Source of the DNA: Octopus vulgaris
Lineage: Eukaryota
NCBI GenBank assembly: GCA_951406725.2
Contig: OX597832.1
Span: 30,504,001 to 30,568,000, forward strand
DNA: 64,000 nt
Direction: 5' to 3'
Shown in pieces: positions 18,331-30,964 of the stretch. Below the pieces are notes generated by a model, which saw only the letters and a program-made list of their open reading frames with translations, made no database searches and had not been told where the DNA came from. Position numbers and translations under genes: made by a program. Position 1 is the stretch's first letter. Each line of letters begins with the position of its first letter.

Positions 18331-18672
18331 TTATGTGTAGTTAGATTCAGTTTTATTTATAGAGTCTGTAAATAATTTCAGTGAAGCCCGTCGAATCGCT
18401 GTGTGTATGAATGCCTGAGCGTAAGTAAATGTACGATCCTTCACATTTCTGCGTGTCTTTGTGTGTGTATATATGTTTGTGCATGTTTGTGTGTGTGAGA
18501 TTTATAATTCTTGTTTAAACTATCCCAAAGTTAATTCTTGAAATCACCTAAAAACCCTTTCAACAAATTCCTGGCGAAATTCTTTTGGTAGAAAGAATTG
18601 CTTATCCTGGTTGCAGTATTGGACTGCAGCCAAGTGGTTGGGAGTCCACACACACACACACACAAGCACACA

Positions 18673-18723
<51 letters not shown>

Positions 18724-19424
18724 GCGGAATGTGGTGGGGGGCGTGTGTGTATATGTGCGTGCATTGCCTTCCTTTGAACCCTCAACTATTGACGGGGTTG
18801 TCGGGGCACCGTCATGCGTGAAATGCAGCGACCGACTCAGCCCATCCCTCTCCAGGTCTGACCACGGCTGATTTCTTTCATGAAATGAGAGAGAGAAAGA
18901 GAGAGGAGAGAGAGAGAGAGAGAAAGAGGGGGAGAGAGAGAGGGCGGCGGGAGGAACCTTTGCATGAGTTGATTGTTTCTTTCTCAACCCGAAAGGATAA
19001 AAAACAAATTTGACCTCGGCAGTATTTGAGCTCTGATTCCAAATAGCTGTTAAATAAGATTAGGGTAAAAAAGAACTGAAGAAGGCTGTGCAAAGCTCGT
19101 CCGCAGTTATTGGCTGCCTGGTGTCATCATACAGGGGACATAATTTTGCTACAGGATATACATCAGAAACTTCATAGTGCCCGTAGAGTTTATAGAAATA
19201 GATAGAAAATGGAATGAACGACATTCTTTATTTAAGATCACTACAATCGTTTCGACACATTTTTACAAGGACTTATTCAAACTGTCACCTGAGGAAGTGC
19301 ATTTTACACCTTAGATGGATGATAATGATTACACAATACTCTCACCAAATGTACTACGGAGTAAAAATGTGTAGAAACAATTGTGGTGATTTTAAATTAA
19401 AAAAAAAATGTCTTCAATCCATTT

Positions 19425-19729
<305 letters not shown>

Positions 19730-19814
19730 GTATGTGTACACGCACACACACACACACACAGACATGCGTGTATGCACGTGTTGTGTAAATATTTGTGTGA
19801 ATTAGTATGTGTGG

Positions 19815-20142
19815 ACGCAGGCGTAGCTAAGTGGTTAGGATACTCGTTTCTCAAACATGTGATCGCAAGTTCGATCTAACTGCATGGCATCTTGGACAGG
19901 TATCTCTGTCATAGCTTTGTTTCGACCCAGGTCTTGTGAAAATAATTGAGTAAACAGAAACTATTTGAAAGCCAGTCCTAGGGACTGTAACCTGTTATTC
20001 AAAAGTCTAGCTTTGTCACCCTGTGTCACGCTTCTTCTACCCGAGAATTGCGCTAAGAGAACATGGGTCTGGGCAATACTTAGGGGCTTTGCAAGTTAAT
20101 TCATTGAGTTGGCCGACAAGTTGATCGAACAACTGGCCGCTC
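19815..20142 (+). mobile_element. older SINE: family A-type head with family C-type 3' body
   Basis: 5' part aligns with family A; 19985-20140 aligns with the reverse complement of 50750-50910. Confidence 0.65.
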
Positions 20143-20173
20143 ATATGTATGTAAATATATATATATATATATA

Positions 20174-20363
20174 TCGCCATGATTGACAGCTAGCCCCTAA
20201 AGCTTTTTCTATTCTCCCTCTGTTTATTTCCTCGAGTTCCTTTCTGTTGAAGAGCGTAGGCACGTAACCTAAAAGTCTTTCTCACCTTCCCGAGCGTCAA
20301 ATTAATACACCTGCTTGTTGTTTATACACCTGTTTTTGTCTATTGTTTTTCTGTAAATTTCAA

Positions 20364-20367
<4 letters not shown>
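20174..20367 (+). mobile_element. (TA)n-flanked Penelope-pLTR-like repeat with decayed hammerhead core
   Basis: ctgttgaagagcgtaggcacgtaacc resembles the intact core at 20755; similar downstream gagcgtc...aata...cttgtt. Confidence 0.45.
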
Positions 20368-20397
<30 letters not shown>

Positions 20398-20400
<3 letters not shown>

Positions 20401-20680
20401 AAGCCTTGTGAGTGGATTTGGTAGATGGAAACTGAAAGAAGCATGTCGTATGTTATATATATATGTGTGAGTGTGTGTGTGTCTGTGTCTATGTTTGTCT
20501 CCCACCATCGCTTGACAACCGATGTTGGTGCGTTTACGTCCCGTAACTTAGCGGTTCGGTAATTGAGCCCGATAGAATAAGTACTAGGCTTACAAGGAAT
20601 AAGTCCTGGAGTCGATTTGTTCGACTAAAGACGGTGCTCCAGCATGGCCGCATTCAAATGACTGAAACAAATAAAAGAAT
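20398..20680 (+). mobile_element. SINE family A, 5' truncated
   Basis: Homology to 12780-13198. Confidence 0.85.
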
Positions 20681-20750
20681 ATCGCGTGTGTACCGTTGGT
20701 GATTTTTTCCCTCCGTCTTCCCTTCCTTGGACTTTTCTTTGTTTTCCTAT

Positions 20751-20785
20751 GTTTCTGACGAAGAGCTCCGCTCGAAACGTTCAAT
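20751..20785 (+). ncRNA. minimal type I hammerhead-like motif in a pLTR-like repeat (20682-20884)
   Basis: CTGACGA-a-GAGC-tcc-GCTC-GAAAC-GTT; palindromic AACGTT in stem III; stem I weak. Confidence 0.55.
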
Positions 20786-20877
20786 CCTCCTTCTTTATTT
20801 CCTTTCCTCAGCGTCCAATAACACTATACTTGTTCCACGTCCTCGCGTTGTTGTATTTTCCCTTTGTTCATGTTTGG

Positions 20878-20920
<43 letters not shown>

Positions 20921-21120
20921 GCGAGTGTGAGTGCGTACATGCGCGCATGTCCTCTTTCATTCGTCCATGCGTCTCTTTGTCTTTCGTAAATACAATCCAT
21001 GCAGTCATAACAAAAGTAAGACTTCTCAATATCTTTCACATTTGCTTCTTTGTACTCACTCTGTGTTGTTTCCTTCCTCTCTTTCATTTCTCTTCTATCT
21101 TCTCTTATTACTCTCTCTGC

Positions 21121-21180
<60 letters not shown>

Positions 21181-21269
21181 ATATTCAAAACCTCGTATTT
21201 TATTGACACCACCATGCCCTAACCCCCACCATATCGACACACTTCTTTTCACAGTTTTTTTCCCCTTCA

Positions 21270-21304
21270 CAACTGAAAGAAGCCCGTCGTGTGTGTGTGT
21301 GTGT

Positions 21305-21373
<69 letters not shown>

Positions 21374-21820
21374 TTTGTTTGTTGCTGTGTTTGTCTCCCA
21401 CCACCGCTTGACAACCGGTGTTTGTGTGTTACGTACCCGTAACTTAACGGTTCAGCAAAAGAGACCGGTAGAATAAGTACCGGGCTTTTTAAGAAAAATT
21501 ATGTACTTGGGTTGATTTATTCGACTAAAAATTCTTCAAGGCGGTGCCCCAGCATGGCCAGTCTATTGCCTAAAAGAAAAAAAAGATAAAAGATCATAAC
21601 CTCACCTAAACGCTCTGTGTATTCGAGTGGACAGTGCCCCTTGCCGGCTATAATTGATGTGGCGCAGTATTGGGCCCCTAACAAGGGATCACCGCATGCC
21701 CACACAATGGAATAAGTACTGGGCTTACAAAGAATATGTCCTAGGGTCGATTTGCTCGACTAAAGGCGGTGCTCCAGCATGGCCACAGTCAAATGACTGA
21801 AACAAATAAAAGAATAAAAA
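21270..21820 (+). mobile_element. two truncated SINE family A 3' parts
   Basis: 21270-21590 and 21709-21820 match the family A body and tail. Confidence 0.8.
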
Positions 21821-21860
21821 ATATTGGCTTAGATTTTCCTTTGGGGCTGGCCAGATCGGA

Positions 21861-21917
21861 GCAATCTCAAGATTAATCAGCCGAAATTGCGAAGATGATC
21901 CGGTTCTTGACTGAAGA
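21861..21917 (+). ncRNA. permuted (pseudoknotted) hammerhead-like motif
   Basis: gcaAT-C-tcaaga-N10-GAAA-ttgc-N14-tcttga-CTGAAGA. Confidence 0.6.
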
Positions 21918-22010
21918 TTGAAGGCTTCGAATGTCCCGTCCGTGTTTTTTGTATCGTCTTCTAAATGTTTTGCGTTCTTGTCCCAGTTTGTATTTTTTTA
22001 CATATACAAA

Positions 22011-22073
<63 letters not shown>

Positions 22074-22077
<4 letters not shown>

Positions 22078-22518
22078 ATTGAAGAAATGGAGCTGAACGA
22101 AGTTTGAACAGAAATCGTTTTATTTCATTCTACACGTGTTTCGAAAGGCACAATTTACCAAAATCCGATTGAATAATGAGACCATATTGTGTCTTTCTCT
22201 TCAGGAAGAAATAGGAAATCCGTTGGAAAAAACAAAAACAGAACAGAGGCGGAGCAAAACAAATCGAACTAAGCTCCTAAGAGCCCATGGCAAAACTGTT
22301 GCCATGGGCTCTTAGGAGCTTAGTTCGATTTGTTTTGCTCCGCCTCTGTTCTGTTTTTGTTTTTTCCAACGGATTTCCTATTTCTTCCTGAAGAGAAAGA
22401 CACAATATGGTCTCATTATTCAATCGGATTTTGGTAAATTGTGCCTTTCGAAACACGTGTAGAATGAAATAAAACGATTTCTGTTCAATCTTCGTTCAGC
22501 TCCATTTCTTCAATTCAC
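22074..22518. repeat. near-perfect 445-bp palindrome (220-bp arms, 5-nt loop), inverted Penelope-pLTR-like
   Basis: Arms 22074-22293 and 22299-22518 with one mismatch seen; element continues to ~22683 and sits between (TA)n tracts. Confidence 0.9.
22381..22470 (+). ncRNA. type I hammerhead ribozyme (mirror copy on minus strand at ~22122-22211)
   Basis: ttc-CTGAAGA-gaaagacacaat...attgtgcctttc-GAAA-c-acgt-GTA-gaa; stems I, II and III pair; palindromic ACACGTGT. Confidence 0.7.
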
Positions 22519-22677
22519 CAATAATATTTTAATTTCAATTATCCGCACCAACGCACGGTTGCAACACCATATGGTTGTACCTCCAACCGTGCTGTTTTCT
22601 GCTGTGATTTTTGCTACCAAGGTATCGGTTAAACTTTTGATTAATCTGCTACAAGATTATTCATCTTTCTATTTCAC

Positions 22678-22747
<70 letters not shown>

Positions 22748-25254
22748 GATAAAGGAATGCTATAAAATATGTGCTCAGAGAATCCTGCAGCTCCCATTCG
22801 GAATTGGTTGTCCATCTGGGTTGAATGGCAGATGTAACCATTACGTTCCGGGGATCTGGTCAGTTAGCTTTTTTGTATTTATTTATTCTCATCAATTTGT
22901 TAATATACAACTATATTGAATAATGCTGAACATACATATTAATGTAAACATGTATGTTTAATTTAGAAGCAAGATCTGTCATTAAAGGCGTCCAAGCGTT
23001 GGCCTTCTTTTTAAAGATATTATCCTTTCTTGTTCCATTCTTTAAGATTTCAGCGTGAGATTTGAATGTTATTTCTAGCAACTTGAACAACCACTTAGAG
23101 GCTTTCTCGTTGGCTTTAAGTTGAACAGTAACCTAAATAAGCCTTTTCAAAGGGTCGTGATTATCTTGTTAGTAACGAAGCCAGTCATTTATTCTTGCCG
23201 GAGAACTAAGAACTCTTTCATGATAAACTCCAGTGGGCAATCCAACAGAGGTTGACCGTCCAGTGGCAAATAATATCCCTTAATCATCCGAATGTGTGCG
23301 GAGACGGGTGTTGCTCTGAGCGCGATGATCGATAACGTGTTGGCGGTGAACAAACCTGAGCAAGCTTGTTTTATCGTATTTATAAAATCATTTCTAAATA
23401 AGGAGGCAGTTCCGTTAAACAAATCTATTGTAGTCTGGGTCTCAGATATCACTTTTAATGCTGGCATTGTTGTAGTTTTTGTGTCGGGTTTCACCAGAAG
23501 TGCAGGGATTGTCACCATCATTATAATTCGGGGATTATATGGTCAAGGTATCAGATTTCACCGTTACAAGTTCCTTGGTATTATTATATTTATTGTCATT
23601 TCTAGCAGGTTTTCACTGAAGTTTAAATAATAATTTACATTTTCCTGAATTACAGTAATTTACATGCAGCTGGGTAAATATAGGGCTATTATGTGGACAG
23701 GTTTTTCGATTGATTAGGTTAATATACTTAATTTTATCGTCTGTTTGTTGATCAAACAGAAGATGAGTAGCTGTATCGCTTCTATCTTTGTTTTATATTC
23801 ATCGTGTGAGCAAAGGCATCACTAGTTCGTGCACACGAGTGAAGTAAGCAATATCCTGAGCGTTTAATGTTTGAGGTTAGTTTGTTTCAATGAACTTAGT
23901 CTGATATCTTGATTAGAGCATTCTTTAATAGAAAGAACAGTGAATTGATATTAGTTTTAATGAGAAGTACGTGTGTACGGTCAACGAAATGTAATGTCTT
24001 TTATAAAACGGTAGAATCAATGAAAACCGACGATGGTTTGTGTCGACAAATAGATGGAACAAAAATTTGAAACGGCAGAATACATTTTACGCTGAAAGGA
24101 AGACGGTGAACCTAACGTTTCGGGCAGTGCGTTTTCTGTGATATATCTGAATATGTGGCTGTGTGAATAAATACACGGTTCGTGTATTGTTAGACGCCAT
24201 CAGCTATGCTGTTTTCTGCAAATCTAAAATTCATCCAGTTCTAGTCACTAAATCCTATCCACTGCGTAACTTGTAAATCCCTAATTTATAATAATAATGT
24301 TATTATCTCAGTATTTATTTAGTGTTTTGGTATGGCATAAATTATGAGACTTGTAATTTTCAACCTAGAAATATTGAAGCATTAACTTGGAGTTTAGCAA
24401 TTTTGTCAGAGTTTTTGTTGTTCTAGAATAACTCTAGGTCTCTCTTCATTGAGCAATTCTGTAATCAAAAAGATTCCAGCCGTAAACGTGTTTTCTTTAT
24501 CAGGCGTCGCATAATTACAACTACATTATTTAATATGTTCCTTTTTAAGACAGAAGGGGGTGATTCGAAGAGTATTTCCTTAAAGCCATATTGGTGTTGG
24601 AATTCTATCTCCCATCTTTGAATAAAGTAAATATTGTAATTGATTTACACAATCGAAATGATGGTCCTTGCTTGATACTTCAGAGGAACTCTCTCTCAGA
24701 GAAACAGAATTACAGCTTATTTGTGTTGTTCGTGTTCTTCATAAAAATCATTTATTTATCCCACTTCGATTTCCCAGTCAGACTTAAATTTATTTAGGCT
24801 GTTTCCTTATATAGCAAAAGAAAAAAAAGGAAAAACCAGTGCAACTGAGTAGCCTAAAAGATATTCGAACTTTTTCAGTATTTATAAATTCTTGTTTTGG
24901 GGTCGGGGGTTCATTTCAGAAATGTGATTATTAAGTTACTATTACTGAGGGTTTGGTTGTAGCAACTGGATTTACTGAACTCAACAGCATTCGTTCAATC
25001 AGCTTTCAAATCATAAACTCTACAAATTAAACAGAAAATTATTCAATTGGCCTTGGGGGATGATTGCGAACACGAATTGTAATTACAATTACAATGAAGA
25101 ACCCAAATAATTTAAAGATTGCGAAAGGAAATAAGAAAGGGGGAACATCTGACTTGGTTCAAATAAGAAGTCTGTTGAAACTGGTGTTTCTATTCTACCA
25201 TCTAAATTTCACCAGTCTCAATTTAATGACAGCCGTAGTTGGTTTGTTTCGCCA

Positions 25255-25420
25255 CTGACTCTGAATGAGCAGAGCTTTATTCAAAGGCATTGCATCTATG
25301 ACCATCTCATCTTTTTGTGAATATTTCAAACTCCATTGCACAATGTTAAGACAGGTGGGGGGTGATTTGGAGATTTGGCTACTATTTCTAACAGGTTGAG
25401 CGACCATTCAGAGATTCTTT
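25255..25420 (+). repeat. old interspersed repeat (related pieces at ~23040-23110, ~24440-24570, ~42990-43160)
   Basis: Shared gagatttggct.ctatttcta.caggt.gagcgacc-like motif. Confidence 0.5.
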
Positions 25421-27377
25421 TGATAAGCAGCAATAAAGATCGATTATATTTAGGGAATTAAACTAAGGAGATGGGGTTAACATTTCGTCTCCTTACCTGA
25501 CTTGAAAGGACTTAAGGGTATATTGGTTGCCCTTTACGTTGACCTAGCTGAGCTAGCTCCAAAATAATATAAAAAGAAATGAGCACGTTGAGGAAATTGT
25601 ATAAAATTTAAGCTGGGAAAATATGAGGTGAATTTATGTTTAAGGGGAGAAGATAAGGACATTGATTTCAATAAAATCGGTTGCGAAGAATTCTAAGAAT
25701 TCCATTTTCGAAAATATCAACTTTTAATATTTTCCCAATCCCAGGAATTTATAGGAAACACTATGAGGGATTAAATTGATTCTATATTTTAGAAAATGTA
25801 AATATTGGCACCTGACTTAGACTGGGAAACAAAATACTCGTGTTTTATTTATGAATATTAATGTTCCTCGCCAGGTTTTCCTCCCTCGTTCACCAATTCT
25901 GTCTTGGTGTTTTAGTAGAATGCACCACTGTGGCTGCACAAGGAATTTACCATACAACTAGTGGACTCTGTAGCAGTTCACCCTAACAATCCTACTACCA
26001 CACAATTATGGCAACTTTTACAACCGCCGACTTATCCTGATGTAAAGCTATTTATTATGGAAACCATCTCCGTTCCTCCGTGCACCAAACCCCATCTATT
26101 ACATCCTTACCAAAAGTTACCGTGTAACACTATCCACCTGTTTATACTCGCTCATAATCAACTGTTATTGACGATCTGCGCTCCACTGCATTAATTCCTG
26201 ATTGCCAAGGCGTCAATGAAGCTGGCAGCCGACAAATTACTTGTTTCAAATCTATCAAAGTAGAAATTTCTTCCATTCCGTTTCGTTATCTTTTCTTCTT
26301 CTTCTTCTTTTTTTATTTTCAATTACTGCTATTTAGTTTCAGCAAATTTCCTTGCTTTATGTAGCTAGGATTGAAACGTGTTCGGAAAAGCATAAAAAGA
26401 AAATAAGACAAAAAAAATTGCTGTTTGCCTTGATGAGTTTTTAAGTGTCCTTAGTTCGTCAATATTCAGATTTTCAACTAAGCAGAATGAACGAATATTT
26501 TCAGAAACAATTAGTTTAGCTCTATCAGCCTCAATAGACAGATTACGTTGTATGTCGGATCTCGACTTATAATAACCTCTGCTGTATTTAACGAAAAACT
26601 AATTATTAACTGTTTTGAACAACAATACAGCCGAAGTAAAATAATAAACAGCATTTAACTGAAATTATTTCTCGCTTACGAAAATAGATTAGTAAAATTT
26701 GATAAATCTATTGGGAAAATACGAAATACAAAAACAAAAATTACTGCATGTGATAATAAAAACACTTAAGGAAACTTAATGAAAAAATAACTTCAAACTT
26801 TTAAATTTTAATGAAATAATTGGTGGTATTGATTTGTTGTAACGAAACATTGTTGATAGAAATTAGGTGTGATTGCTTTAATTAGAGTGAAGCAATGTAA
26901 GCCAAGACGATTCTAAGACTATTTGCTGTATATAAAGCATGTTATGAATGGCGAGAAATAAAATGATAATAATGTAACAGATTAACTTTAAATTGTTTGT
27001 AATAATTCCTTTCTTCGGATTAGCTGGCAACGTAATTGGAAGTGTGATTCCCAAAGACTTCAACAGAGAACAGCTGGAATTCTGAGCGTTATTAGAGAGA
27101 ACCTTACTAATAAATAATTAAATACTTTATATGCGTTCAGTAAGTCATAGATATTTGTGTATATAGGCGTGAGAGAACGGGAGAGACCAAGATTTGGAGC
27201 ATGCGCGCGTGCGGTTGATTATTCGCAGCGTTCACTGCAAGAACCGGCGACGACAGTTTTTGGGTTGACACCGAAAATGTAAAACAGTAATTAATTCTCA
27301 TTTAACTAAATCTAAAACAGGGTGACCGACTGAGCAGTTAACTTATTGGGATGTAGGTTCAATTCCTGACACCAACA

Positions 27378-27379
<2 letters not shown>

Positions 27380-27466
<87 letters not shown>

Positions 27467-27478
27467 GCACACACACAC
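27380..27478. repeat. (TC)n(CA)n microsatellite
   Basis: Direct. Confidence 0.95.
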
Positions 27479-27649
27479 TAAGTGGAGAGGATGAATTGCA
27501 GCCTGAGATGTTAAAAGCCTTAAATAGAGAAGGAATTCTCTGGTTAACTCGTGAATGCAAGTGGCTTGGACCTCTAGAAAGAAACCGAAGCATTGAGAAT
27601 CCAGAGTGATAACCCCAATTTTTGAAAAGTACAAGAGAGAGTGCTCTAG

Positions 27650-28176
27650 GTACAGGGGAATCTCCTTGTTGAGTCACCCTGGTAAAGTCTACGCTAGGGG
27701 CCTGAATTAGAGATGTGGGAAAGTTGCCGAGCCCAAGCTAGCGGAGGTACATTGTGGCTTCCGTCCATCACAACTCGCAAGATATTCATTCTGCAACAGG
27801 TCTTCAAGAAATAGTGTGAATATTACTTTCTAGATCTTGGAAAGGTATATGGCCGCGTGCTGCGGGACATACAGGAGGTGGGGATTAATGGGCAACTTTT
27901 GGTTGCTGTGGGGTCCCTATACGAAGGCCCAGATGTTTGTGTTCGGATAAATGTTGCTAAGTCGAAACTTTTCAACGTGGATATTGAATTTCGGTTGAGG
28001 TGCGCAATGTCACCTCGCCTTTCCATAGTTTTTATGAACAGGATTGACAAAGGCAGCCATTGTGGAAGTGATTTCACAAACGGTGGGTGTGGGGTTGGTC
28101 GGCTAATATTTGCAGACGATAGGATGCTGCTTGGCCATTCAGAAAGTGATCTCCAGCATGCACTGAATGTATTCGC
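27650..28176 (+). mobile_element. RTE-like LINE reverse transcriptase relic
   Basis: YRGISLLSHPGKVYAR, FLDLGKVY, MSPRLSIVFM and LIFADD motifs with stops and frameshifts; truncated by a SINE. Confidence 0.85.
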
Positions 28177-28346
28177 TGCCGTATTTCGTCTGCCGTTACG
28201 TTCTGAGTTCAAATTCCACCGAGGCCGACTTTGCCTTTCATCCTTTCGGGGTCGATAAATTAAGTACCAGTTGCGTACTGGGGTCGATCTAATCGACTGG
28301 CCCCCTCTCCCAAAATTTCGAGCCTTGTGCCTAGTGTAGAAAAGGG
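28177..28346 (+). mobile_element. SINE family B (tail variant 2)
   Basis: Core motif plus tail ggccccctctcccaaaatttcgagccttgtgcc. Confidence 0.85.
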
Positions 28347-28786
28347 ATATACTTTCAGCCCAAACACAAAGAAACTACACGAAATGTTGATGTTGCTGTC
28401 TTCTGATGGCGCTGAAATATTTTTATACATATTTCCTGGAAACCGGATTTCCGTATCCATTCCACTGATTGTAATATTGTCCAGAGCACCAACTCTTTTC
28501 CAGATTCTTCACATGTTGACAATATTTGATTTAACCAATCTACAATTGCTTTCTGATTCTTCTCAGATATTCTACTTTACCATTCTTCAATTGAAAGAAA
28601 CCCTGCTCTGTCGTTGCAGGAAGTTGCCGTACTCACGTCCCATGTATATTCTTTGATCCTTTGAGATTGAGTTTCAAGTACGATATTCTCGTGCTTTGTG
28701 CTAAACACTTTACTGTTATTAATGTCTTTAAATGAGGAAGATAAAAAAAAAAGATTTTATGAATCCTTAAAAGATAAATATGCCAT

Positions 28787-28846
<60 letters not shown>

Positions 28847-29178
28847 AGAGAGAGAGAGAGAGAGAGAAGCGACATAATTTAAAGAAAAAAGCAGGTTTCT
28901 TCTTGTTTCTACTTGTATATATGTGCAAGAAATGCAGGGCGAAATTGTGTAGTGTGTGTGTGTGTGCAGGCGCTGTGGAAATGGTCTCATATTCTTCTAT
29001 GATTCGAATCTTCTGTCCTCCTGTTGACATTTGACCAATGCACAAGAAAAATAAGCTAATTCCAAACATCCTATTAACAACTGCAGCAGATTGGTCAGTT
29101 ATTTCGCTGACCCCCAAGGCGACCCAATCATACATCGGCTTACACTGTTCATTCGGTCGTGCGAAGTACGTAGCTTAC

Positions 29179-29222
29179 TTCGTATCTGCTCGATCGGAAG
29201 CCATCTCCTCGCCGCTCGCCAT
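29179..29222 (-). CDS. candidate first coding exon MASGEEMASDRADT...
   Basis: agacATGGCG start context, ends at AA|gtaagc donor, CpG-rich island. Confidence 0.35.
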
Positions 29223-29790
29223 GTCTATTCTCCCTCAAGCAACAGAGACGTTAACATGGCGACGACGTCTTATTCCGTTAAATGTTATTGATAAAACTTA
29301 GTTTATCCATTCACGGATGACCAGGTTTAAATGAGTTTTTAAGCAAGTGTATTAAACTGCTACCCTCTTCTTACTAAATGATCCCTCGCCAAATGAAACC
29401 GTTTTGTTTGTTTAAGCAAAGAATGGTATGTTTGGTTATTTCATTTCGCAGTCGAAAGCTGAAATCTAATTCCAGTTTTAGATTTTCTCGGTTAATAACC
29501 AAGACAACCTACATGAAATTATTGTTCTAAGGTTTATACATTTAATGAAAATCTTGCAACCGACTTTAAATTGAGTTTAATTTAATTAGTTAATATATCG
29601 ATGTCTTTTTTTTCAAACGGTTTAGTGTGTGTCGTTGGAAAGTAAAACGTAAAATTTATCTTCAAGACTATTCTGTCCTCGGTATTGTATGGCTCTGCTA
29701 AATATCGTCGTCACCATCATCGGCATCATCATCATCATCATCAGCGGCTCTTCATCATCTTCATCATCTTCATCATCGGCCAATAAAGAA

Positions 29791-29849
<59 letters not shown>

Positions 29850-29850
29850 C

Positions 29851-30051
29851 ATTCCACCGAGTTCGACTTTGCCTTTCATCCTTTCAGGGTTGATGAATTA
29901 AGTACCAGTAAAACACTGAGGTCGATGTAATCGACTAGCCCCCTCCCCTCAAATTTCAGGCCTTGTGCCTTTAGTAGAAAGGATTATTATTATTATTATT
30001 ATCATTATTATTATTGTTGTTGTTGTTGTTATTGTTGTTGTTATTATTATT

Positions 30052-30096
<45 letters not shown>

Positions 30097-30310
30097 ATTG
30101 AGGCGGTGAGCTGGCAGAACCGCTATCATACCGGACAAAATGCTTTGTGGCATTTCGTCCGTCTTTACGTTCTGAGTTCAAATTCCACCGAGGTCGACTT
30201 CGATTTTCATCCTTTCGAAGTCGATAAATATAAGTTACCAGTTGATTACTGGGGTCGATGTAATCGGCTTGCCCCCCTCCTCCGAAACTGCTGCCTTTGC
30301 ACCAAAACTT
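29851..30310 (+). mobile_element. two SINE family B copies separated by (ATT/GTT)n
   Basis: Core motif at ~29855 and ~30185. Confidence 0.8.
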
Positions 30311-30382
30311 GAAACCATTGTTATCATTACGCTGCTTTCTCCTTTGGGGGGACAAACACAGACACACAAACATATATATTCT

Positions 30383-30712
30383 CCTTGTCCTGTCTTTTAC
30401 TGCTTTTATTTGTACTGTCTTTACTGTCCTGTTTTTGTTACCACGTTTACCCCTCCGCAAAAAATCTCAAATTTTATTTAATTTGCTTTGCGGGAAGGAC
30501 TGTTTCAACGAAGTCGTGTGTCGCCTTTACCTTCGAAACACGGAGTAGACGAAACAGAGGCGGCTGAAGAAGGGGAATTTTCCTTGTGTTGTATGTCTTG
30601 TACTCTGTTTTTTCGTTGTTTAAAACAAATGTCTGTTTCCTTGGTTTTGTTTTTATGTTTTCGTTTCTCATTGTGTTCGACGTTTTTTTCGTGTCCTGTA
30701 CCCATATATGCA
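30383..30712 (+). mobile_element. pLTR-like repeat carrying permuted hammerhead motif (30515-30570)
   Basis: Homologous to the reverse complement of 49030-49298. Confidence 0.7.
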
Positions 30713-30805
30713 TGTATATATACATATAGATGTAGGTACGTACATATATGTATGTATATATGCATATGTTTTATTTATTATTTTGTTATTATATATATAT
30801 ATATA

Positions 30806-30964
30806 TACAACGGGCTTCTTTCAGTTTCCGTCTACCAAATCAACTCGCAAGGCTTTGGTCGACCCGAGGCTATAGTAGAAGAAACTTGCTCAAGGTGCCA
30901 CGCAGTGGGACTAAACCCGGAACCATGTGGTTGGTAAGCAAGCTACTTACCCCACAGCCACTCC
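30806..30964 (-). mobile_element. SINE family A, 5' half
   Basis: Homology to family A head. Confidence 0.85.

Noticed and set aside
23189-23630. Overlapping ~110-aa ORFs on both strands
   Set aside because: No recognisable motif or splice signals; cannot support a gene call
28380-28690. Protein-like minus-strand frame with one stop (ENIVLETQSQRIKEYTW...)
   Set aside because: No family recognised; may be a transposon relic, needs BLASTx
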